4,646 nucleotides of DNA, from IMG/VR virus record IMGVR_UViG_2541047713_000005; one strand, written 5' to 3'. The DNA comes from a virus. Lineage: Duplodnaviria; Heunggongvirae; Uroviricota; Caudoviricetes. Both the position numbers and the translations under genes were made by a program. Shown piece after piece: positions 1 to 4,646 of the stretch (within the stretch, counting starts at the first letter, position 1; every line of letters starts with the position of its first letter). The notes under the pieces were generated by a model. It was given only the letters and a program-made list of their open reading frames with translations, did not search any database and was not told the origin of the DNA.

Positions 1-1506
1 TCTGCAAGCGCGGCGGCTGCTTCTGCCACTGCATCAGCTAACAGTCAAAAAGCAGCAAAAACCAGTGAAACCAACGCAAAGGTGAGCGAAACAGCGGCTG
101 CGAACTCAGCGAAAGCATCGGCAGCAAGCCAGACGGCAGCTAAAGCAAGCGAAGATGCAGCCAGAGAGTACGCAAGCCAGGCTGCGGAGCCGTATAAATA
201 TGTCTTACAGCCGCTGCCTGATGTGTGGATACCATTTAACGATTCGCTGGATATGATTACGGGCTTTTCGCCGTCATATAAAAAAATTGTTATTGGTGAC
301 GATGAAATAACGATGCCTGGCGACAAGATTGTTAAGTTTAAACGTGCATCGAAAGCAACCTATATTAACAAATCTGGTGTGCTGACAGAGGCTGCCATTG
401 ACGAGCCACGATTTGAACGTGATGGCCTGCTTATTGAGGGGCAAAGAACTAATCTTCTGCTTAATTCAACAAATCCATCTAAATGGAATAAGTCAGGCAA
501 TCTGGAACTCACAGAAATATCCACGGATTCTTTTAATTTTACTTATGGGAGATTTACTGTAAAAGATACTCTTATTGGTCAGACAAGTGCTATTAATATC
601 GTAACGGTTTCTGGCAGTAAAGGGTTTGATGTCACAGGTGATGAAAAATATGTGACCATTTCATGCCGTGTAAGAAGTGATGTTGAAAATGTAAGGTGTC
701 GTTTAAGATTTGAACACCATGATGGTTATACTTACACTTTTTTGGGAGATGCTTACCTCAATTTATCAACACTTGTAATTGATAAAGCTGGTACTGCTGC
801 AGACCGTATTATTGCAAAGGCTGTAAAAGATGAGGTTACTGGTTGGATTTTCTATCAGGCTACAATTAATGCACTAGATACAGAGAGCATGATTGGTGCG
901 ATGGTTCAATACGCTCCTGTAAAAGGTTCAGGCACAGCATCTGGAGACTATCTGGATATCGCAACTCCACAAGTGGAAGGTGGATCAAGTGCTTCGTCAT
1001 TTATTGTAACTGATATAACTGCAAGCACTCGCGCAAGCGATATGGTGACAGTCCCAATCAAGAATAACCTTTATAATCTTCCTTTTACGGTTCTTTGTGA
1101 GGTACATAAGAACTGGTATAAAACGCCAAATGCAGCGCCACGTGTTTTTGATACCGGCGGTCATCAAACCGGAGCGGCTATTATTCTTGGCTTCGGTCGT
1201 TCAACAGATTACGACGGATTTCCTTATTGCGATATTGGAGGAGCTAACAGACGGGTAAACGAAAACGCATCGCTTGAAAAAATGGTTATGGGGATGCGTG
1301 TAAAGTCAGAGCAGTCTACGTGCTCAGTAAGTAACGGGCATATATCCAGCGAAACAAAAACCACATGGTCCTGTATTCAGAACACCGCAATTATCCGTAT
1401 TGGAGGCCAGACTACAGCCGGGTTACGTCATTTATTTGGTCATGTCAGGAATTTCAGAATATGGCACAAGGCATTGACTGATGCTCAGGTGGGGGAGTCA
1501 ATCTAA
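1..1506 (+). CDS. Phage tail fibre protein, 5'-partial (start lies upstream of window); Ala/Ser-rich repeat shaft, distal domain ending in a LamG/concanavalin-A-like signature
   Basis: Frame 1 is open from nt 1 (SASAAAASATASANSQKAAKTSETNAK...) with no stop until TAA at 1504-1506. The 'M' at 82 in the ORF track is an in-frame GTG, not a real start. The N-proximal A/S/T/E/K-rich imperfect repeats are typical of side-tail-fibre shafts. The C-terminus ...LRHLFGHVRNFRIWHKALTDAQV resembles the C-terminal consensus of LamG-like lectin domains (recalled, not searched). GC-rich for the first ~200 nt, AT-rich afterwards. Confidence 0.85.
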   Translation, partial: SASAAAASATASANSQKAAKTSETNAKVSETAAANSAKASAASQTAAKASEDAAREYASQAAEPYKYVLQPLPDVWIPFNDSLDMITGFSPSYKKIVIGDDEITMPGDKIVKFKRASKATYINKSGVLTEAAIDEPRFERDGLLIEGQRTNLLLNSTNPSKWNKSGNLELTEISTDSFNFTYGRFTVKDTLIGQTSAINIVTVSGSKGFDVTGDEKYVTISCRVRSDVENVRCRLRFEHHDGYTYTFLGDAYLNLSTLVIDKAGTAADRIIAKAVKDEVTGWIFYQATINALDTESMIGAMVQYAPVKGSGTASGDYLDIATPQVEGGSSASSFIVTDITASTRASDMVTVPIKNNLYNLPFTVLCEVHKNWYKTPNAAPRVFDTGGHQTGAAIILGFGRSTDYDGFPYCDIGGANRRVNENASLEKMVMGMRVKSEQSTCSVSNGHISSETKTTWSCIQNTAIIRIGGQTTAGLRHLFGHVRNFRIWHKALTDAQVGESI

Positions 1507-1787
1507 TGAAAGATTTAACACTCAAATTTGCCGACAGGGCCGACTTTTCGGCCTTTATGGATAGCACTGGCTATTATGATGACGAGTCGATGCAGGATGA
1601 TATTCTTATTGACGTGATAGGTAACGTGTACAAAGAAACCGGAGAACTGACTGAAGATGGCGAACCGGTATGTGTTAAGGAAGACGGATATTTTGTAAAC
1701 GTGCGCATCATTAATGATTCGCAAATATCGTCATTATTCGATGAATACGTGGTTGCTGTTGAGCATCAACTTCGTGGCTGGATGTGA
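1506..1787 (+). CDS. Hypothetical small acidic protein (93 aa), translationally coupled to the upstream fibre gene; possible fibre chaperone or adaptor
   Basis: ATG at 1506-1508 overlaps the fibre stop (TAATG). Uninterrupted 93-codon frame, acidic composition (many D/E). The downstream gene starts 10 nt after its TGA stop, giving an operon-like arrangement. No family recognised by eye. Confidence 0.6.
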   Translation: MKDLTLKFADRADFSAFMDSTGYYDDESMQDDILIDVIGNVYKETGELTEDGEPVCVKEDGYFVNVRIINDSQISSLFDEYVVAVEHQLRGWM

Positions 1788-1796
1788 GGAAGAAAA

Positions 1797-2837
1797 ATGG
1801 CTACATCGACAGTAATTCCTGATGACATCAAAACGCAAAAATCCGACGTTAGCAAATTAAAAAACGATCAAGGAAGCTACGCAACAAAATTATATGTAGA
1901 CAGCAAAGATAAATTCGTTGGTGACTGCAATGTAATCTATGATCAAAAAACATTGCCAACAACTGGAACTATATTTGGCGGTAAGCTCCGCTTAACTCAC
2001 AGGACTGGTGGAACGGAGGACGCGTATAGTGAACTATATCCCAAAAAAAATATAGATGGTACTAGTAACACAATGGCGCGCCTTAACCTGAACGATAACG
2101 GGACAAACATTTGCTGGGACTTTACCAACCTTTATGGCGGTACGATGATTTTTCCCGGTAGCGGCGGATACCTCAAAATGGGTAACTGCCTTATGTCATA
2201 CAGCAAGCGTGGAAGTAACGCGCTTATTAAATTTGATTACACCGACACATTACAGATCAAATATGCCAATCATGGGTCAACCATGACATTAAACACACAG
2301 GGAACCGCTTATGCTGGTGTTACTGCTCAATTGTGGGGCAACACCAGCCGTCCTGTTGTTTATGAAGTCGGTGTTGATGGTGGCGCTTATATGTTCTATG
2401 CGCAGAAAAATACCGATAACACCTATATGTTAAGCGTTAATGGTGCATGTCATGCCACCGCATTTAACCAGCATTCCGACCGGGATCTGAAAGACAACAT
2501 TCAGGTGATCGATAATGCAACCGACCGCATCCGTAAAATGAACGGCTATACATACACGCTTAAAGAAAACGGTATGCCCTATGCTGGTGTCATTGCACAG
2601 GAAGCTCTGGAAGCAATCCCAGAAGTTGTAGGTTCCGCAATGAAATATCAGGACGGTGCAAGCGGATCGGAAGGTGAAGAAGGTGAACGTTATTACACAG
2701 TAGATTATTCTGGTGTTACTGGCTTGCTTGTTCAGGTAGCCAGAGAGTCAGACGACAGAATAACAGCACTGGAAGAAGAAAACGCAGAATTAAGACAAAG
2801 ATTATCTGCAATTGAGGCGGCGCTTGCGTCTAAATAA
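1797..2837 (+). CDS. Short tail-fibre tip / receptor-binding protein with C-terminal intramolecular chaperone (peptidase S74-type) auto-cleavage domain
   Basis: SD GAGGAAG at 1786-1792, 6 nt before ATG 1797. Residues ~170-215 (AQLWGNTSRPVVYEVGVDGGAYMFYAQKNTDNTYMLSVNGA) resemble the conserved distal segment of P2 gpH / T4 gp37-type fibres (from memory). Residues 227-232 S-D-R-D-L-K (Ser codon at 2475-2477) have the Ser/Lys i,i+5 spacing of the endosialidase-chaperone catalytic dyad. The C-terminal helix ITALEEENAELRQRLSAIEAALASK is typical of this domain. Confidence 0.85.
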   Translation: MATSTVIPDDIKTQKSDVSKLKNDQGSYATKLYVDSKDKFVGDCNVIYDQKTLPTTGTIFGGKLRLTHRTGGTEDAYSELYPKKNIDGTSNTMARLNLNDNGTNICWDFTNLYGGTMIFPGSGGYLKMGNCLMSYSKRGSNALIKFDYTDTLQIKYANHGSTMTLNTQGTAYAGVTAQLWGNTSRPVVYEVGVDGGAYMFYAQKNTDNTYMLSVNGACHATAFNQHSDRDLKDNIQVIDNATDRIRKMNGYTYTLKENGMPYAGVIAQEALEAIPEVVGSAMKYQDGASGSEGEEGERYYTVDYSGVTGLLVQVARESDDRITALEEENAELRQRLSAIEAALASK

Positions 2838-2843
2838 TATTAA

Positions 2844-2864
2844 GGGGCCGAGCGCCCCGTTTTA
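2844..2864 (+). terminator. Putative intrinsic terminator after the fibre operon
   Basis: GGGGC (2844-2848) / GCCCC (2854-2858), an all-GC 5-bp stem with a 5-nt loop, followed by G-TTTT-A (2859-2864), 7 nt downstream of the TAA stop at 2835-2837. The stem is short, hence moderate confidence. Confidence 0.45.
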
Positions 2865-2879
2865 TTGGGTAGGATGAAA

Positions 2880-3173
2880 ATGGATATAACACCTTTCCTT
2901 CATGCGCTTTGTGCTGTGGCTGCGCAGCTACTGATTGGTCTTTTTACCGGGAACTGGGCTTACGGGGCGATAGCCGGTTGTACGTTCTTCATTGCGCGTG
3001 AACACACCCAGGCAGAATATCGCTGGATTGAAATGTTCGGGCATGGCAAGCGAATGAATATGCCGTGGTGGGGCGGTTTTGATCCGCGCGCGTGGGATGT
3101 GGCAAGCCTGATGGATTTTGCTGTGCCGGTGGTGGCGTGTCTGCTGGTCTGGCTGTTGGTTAATCGTGGGTGA
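2880..3173 (+). CDS. Hypothetical small integral membrane protein (~97 aa, 2-3 predicted TM segments)
   Basis: ORF open from TTG 2865; in-frame ATGs at 2874 and 2880. ATG 2880 has an AGGA (2871-2874) 5 nt upstream and is preferred. Hydrophobic stretches FLHALCAVAAQLLIGLF, AYGAIAGCTFFIA and LMDFAVPVVACLLVWLLV. About 55% GC, unlike the AT-rich fibre genes. The antisense ORFs over this region lack such features. Confidence 0.55.
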   Translation: MDITPFLHALCAVAAQLLIGLFTGNWAYGAIAGCTFFIAREHTQAEYRWIEMFGHGKRMNMPWWGGFDPRAWDVASLMDFAVPVVACLLVWLLVNRG

Positions 3174-3183
3174 AAAAAGGTGA

Positions 3184-3312
3184 GCTGTATATGCAACGGA
3201 GGAAGAAACTCCGTTGCTGGAAGCCTGGAAGAAGTATCGGGTGTTGCTGAACCGTGTTGATACATCAACTGCACCTGATATTGAGTGGCCTACGAACCCT
3301 GTCAGGGAGTAA
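3184..3312 (+). pseudogene. tfa: 3' remnant of a tail fibre assembly gene (tfa); no start codon, ~42 codons
   Basis: Frame 1 reads [42 protein letters not shown] directly after a TGA at 3181-3183, with no in-frame ATG/GTG/TTG. It matches the C-terminus of lambda-type Tfa (…[26 protein letters not shown]…, recalled). Relative to copy 2 it carries a 9-nt in-frame deletion. Confidence 0.75.
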
Positions 3313-3326
3313 TCATTGGGATTATG

Positions 3327-3359
3327 CCGCAGCACGTCTTAAGCAAGAACGTGCTGCGG
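3327..3359. terminator. Perfect 11-bp inverted repeat (hairpin) between convergent genes; possible bidirectional terminator or RNA-stability element
   Basis: CCGCAGCACGT (3327-3337), 11-nt loop, ACGTGCTGCGG (3349-3359), which are exact reverse complements. It lies 15 nt after the tfa-remnant stop and 8 nt beyond the methyltransferase stop (TAG, complement of 3367-3369). No U-tract immediately follows on either strand, so it is not a canonical intrinsic terminator. Confidence 0.4.
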
Positions 3360-3366
3360 TTGGATG

Positions 3367-4035
3367 CTATTTTTTCCCTGAAGCGGAAAACATTACTACA
3401 GTACCTTGAACCTTGGTTTTAACATTCTCGAAATGCTCTGAGAGTATATGTGTTAAGCCTTCTTCGGAATCTTTTGTGTTTGAAAAGATGCCTTTCTGAT
3501 TGTAAATGCGCATCAGTTTTTGACCGAAGCTATTGTGCACAACTCCATCGCCAAGAATTGTGGCTCCGTATAGAGTTCCATCGTCAGTTAAGGCCTGCGC
3601 CGCATTGCGTATTACACAGCTTTTTGTAGATATATTTCCAGGCAGGCAGTGAAGAAGGTAAAACATGGAAATGGAATCAAATTGACCATGTAACGCCGCG
3701 GGATAAGGTTCAAAAACATCATGGCTAATTTTATGTTTAATTTTTGATTCCCCAGCCCTTGTAGATGCCGCGTTCAGGCTAGCTTCGTTCAAATCCATTA
3801 AAGATATCAGACTACTCTCAGGTACGTGAGTAAGGTAAAACCCAGTTCCAACACCAATATCCAGATGGTTGTTACCTACATGTTCCAGAAAGTGTGGAAG
3901 AAGGTGTTCCTTTGTAGGACATCCCCATGCAAGCCGATTTGATACTCCCAAAACCCACCAGTCATAAAGCTTTAGGGTAAGTGGTGTGTAAATTTTAGCC
4001 CCATCATCTGTGTTTTTTTTCATTGATTTCACCAT
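3367..4035 (-). CDS. Class I (Rossmann-fold) SAM-dependent methyltransferase, probably not a DNA methyltransferase
   Basis: Motif I LDIGVGTGFY (the hh-D-h-G-x-G-x-G SAM-binding loop), a downstream acidic residue in ISLMDLNE, and a motif II-like FDSISMFYLLHCLP. No D/N/S-PP-Y/F/W motif IV. Stop TAG is the complement of 3367-3369. Two candidate starts: ATG at 4035 (no SD) and ATG at 4023 (GGTGA 5 nt upstream), the latter giving 218 aa and more likely. About 40% GC. Confidence 0.85.
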   Translation of the reverse strand: MVKSMKKNTDDGAKIYTPLTLKLYDWWVLGVSNRLAWGCPTKEHLLPHFLEHVGNNHLDIGVGTGFYLTHVPESSLISLMDLNEASLNAASTRAGESKIKHKISHDVFEPYPAALHGQFDSISMFYLLHCLPGNISTKSCVIRNAAQALTDDGTLYGATILGDGVVHNSFGQKLMRIYNQKGIFSNTKDSEEGLTHILSEHFENVKTKVQGTVVMFSASGKK

Positions 4036-4091
4036 GTTATAGTTTTATTTGTGAATTAAATCAATTATGGCGATGAATTACAAGGGGTTAA
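4036..4091. promoter_or_regulatory. AT-rich divergent intergenic region, putative promoters for the methyltransferase (-) and truncated tfa (+)
   Basis: A 56-bp AT-rich spacer between divergent starts. Minus strand: candidate -10 CATAAT (complement of 4064-4069) with a weak -35 TTTAAC 17 bp upstream. Plus strand: TATAGT at 4038-4043 and TTGTGA at 4049-4054 are possible elements. Read by eye, not scored. Confidence 0.3.
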
Positions 4092-4361
4092 ATGCTGCCG
4101 CAGCATAGCGATATTGAAATAGCCTGGTATGCTTCGATACAGCAGGAGCCGAATGGCTGGAAGACCGTCACCACACAGTTCTACATCCAGGAATTCAGTG
4201 AGTATATTGCGCCACTGCAGGATGCTGTAGATCTGGAAATCGCAACGGAGGAAGAAAGATCGTTGCTGGAGGCATGGAATAAATATCGGGTATTGTTGAA
4301 TCGTGTTGATACATCAACTGTACCTGATATTGAGTGGCCTGCAAATCCTGTCAGGGAGTAA
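4092..4361 (+). CDS. tfa: Tail fibre assembly protein, N-terminally truncated (89 aa; corresponds to the C-terminal half of lambda-type Tfa)
   Basis: SD AAGGGG 4-5 nt before ATG 4092. The C-terminus [53 protein letters not shown] aligns closely with the lambda Tfa C-terminus (…[53 protein letters not shown], from memory). Lambda-type Tfa is ~190 aa, so the N-terminal domain is missing. Confidence 0.8.
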   Translation: MLPQHSDIEIAWYASIQQEPNGWKTVTTQFYIQEFSEYIAPLQDAVDLEIATEEERSLLEAWNKYRVLLNRVDTSTVPDIEWPANPVRE

Positions 4362-4412
4362 TCATTGGGATTATGCCGCAGACACGTCGTATGCAGGAAC
4401 GTGCTGCGGTTA
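4219..4412 (+). repeat. Direct repeat copy 2 (tfa 3' end plus degenerate hairpin)
   Basis: Partner of 3178..3362. The hairpin at 4376..4409 keeps both arms but has one bulged A (4382) and a loop that differs at 3 of 11 positions. Confidence 0.85.
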
Positions 4413-4475
4413 GTTTGTGAGCTTTCGATAGTGGTTGTTATTTTTGCCCTTATTTGTTCCGGAGGCCATGGTTCA

Positions 4476-4646
4476 ATGGTCCGTCTGCCCCCTGTGGTGA
4501 TGTCAGCAAAATCAGCCACTGCGCGAACCACAATAGCCCGGGAAGATGCTGAAGATCACCAGGTAAAGCTGTCAGCGCAGAAACTGGAAGAACTGCTCGC
4601 ATCAATGGTTAAGGATGAGGTTGATCGCAATGATGGGATTTATTGA
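4476..4646 (+). CDS. Hypothetical small protein (56 aa from ATG 4476; the frame is open from TTG 4365)
   Basis: Frame ends at TGA 4644-4646. The 5' part of the maximal ORF overlaps the hairpin and tfa repeat, so an internal start is more plausible: ATG 4476 (GGAGG at 4461-4465, 10-nt spacing) or ATG 4500. The product is charged and probably helical (…AQKLEELLASMVKDEVDRNDGIY). No family recognised. Confidence 0.4.
   Translation: MVRLPPVVMSAKSATARTTIAREDAEDHQVKLSAQKLEELLASMVKDEVDRNDGIY

Larger units (their letters stand above)
3178..3362 (+). repeat. Direct repeat copy 1 (tfa 3' end plus downstream hairpin)
   Basis: Hand alignment with 4219..4412 gives roughly 90% identity over ~170 aligned nt, with one 9-nt indel and a 1-nt indel in the hairpin. 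Homology starts at the membrane-protein stop and ends just after the hairpin (…gtgctgcggtt). Confidence 0.85.

Noticed and set aside
82-84. GTG at 82 as the start of the tail-fibre gene
   Set aside because: The same frame is open from nt 1 with fibre-like repeats and there is no RBS; the gene clearly starts upstream of the window.
45-326. 93-aa ORF on the minus strand
   Set aside because: It is antisense to the GC-rich Ala/Ser-repeat region of the fibre gene, where open antisense frames arise by chance. The product is a low-complexity Ala/Ser/Leu string, and the sense frame has clear tail-fibre character.
1515-1724. 69-aa ORF on the minus strand
   Set aside because: Lies wholly inside the translationally coupled 93-aa + strand ORF, has no RBS context and no recognisable features; likely spurious.
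3191-3250. 19-codon ORF ([19 protein letters not shown]) with an upstream GGTGAG
   Set aside because: Too short, out of frame with the tfa-homologous reading, and lies within the decayed tfa remnant; most likely fortuitous.
2928-3335. 135-aa and 104-aa minus-strand ORFs (2928..3335, 2960..3274)
   Set aside because: They are antisense to the membrane-protein gene and tfa remnant in a GC-rich stretch. Their 'conserved' [13 protein letters not shown]… segment is simply the reverse-frame reading of the duplicated tfa sequence.
3409-3420. AACCTTGGTTTT, resembling the core of Hin/Gin/Pin invertase crossover sites (hix/gix)
   Set aside because: Only the 12-nt core matches; the flanking half-site positions do not. 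There is no inverted partner site or invertase gene in the window, and the motif falls inside the methyltransferase coding sequence (K-T-K-V codons). Both fibre genes are in the same orientation, unlike a Mu G or P1 C invertible segment.
3367-4035. Methyltransferase as the modification half of a restriction-modification system
   Set aside because: No (D/N/S)PP(Y/F/W) or C5-MTase PCQ/ENV motifs and no endonuclease-sized partner ORF nearby. The motifs fit the small-molecule/RNA/protein class I methyltransferase pattern instead.
4181-4531. 116-aa minus-strand ORF
   Set aside because: Antisense to the truncated tfa; its similarity to the 2928..3335 ORF is an artefact of the direct DNA repeat, not an independent protein family.
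1-4646. CRISPR arrays, tRNA/rRNA genes, IS elements or integrase
   Set aside because: No regularly spaced short repeats, no tRNA-like cloverleaf regions, and no transposase- or integrase-like ORFs or terminal inverted repeats were seen. The only repeats are the tfa duplication and the fibre low-complexity codon repeats.

Overview
This window reads as the distal end of a tailed-prophage late operon, probably from an enterobacterial lambdoid or P2-like mosaic phage, followed by an accessory ('moron') region. All protein-family calls are made by eye from motifs and from memory of reference sequences; no search was run. On the + strand there are three apparently co-transcribed genes: the 3' part of a long tail-fibre gene (1..1506, start upstream of the window) whose C-terminus looks like a LamG/ConA-type lectin domain; a translationally coupled 93-aa acidic ORF (1506..1787); and a short fibre-tip protein (1797..2837) carrying a C-terminal self-cleaving intramolecular-chaperone (peptidase S74-type) domain. 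A hairpin plus T-run follows. Next comes a GC-rich small membrane-protein gene (2880..3173), then a start-less 3' remnant of a lambda-type tail fibre assembly gene (tfa). An AT-rich class I SAM-dependent methyltransferase gene lies on the opposite strand (3367..4035), followed by a second, longer but still N-truncated tfa copy (4092..4361) and a small unknown ORF (4476..4646). The two tfa 3' ends form a ~185-bp direct repeat (about 90% identical by hand alignment) bracketing the methyltransferase, which marks this as a recombination-built cargo site. The most interesting candidates are the methyltransferase moron, the orphan fibre-tip cassette with its coupled small ORF, and the small membrane protein.
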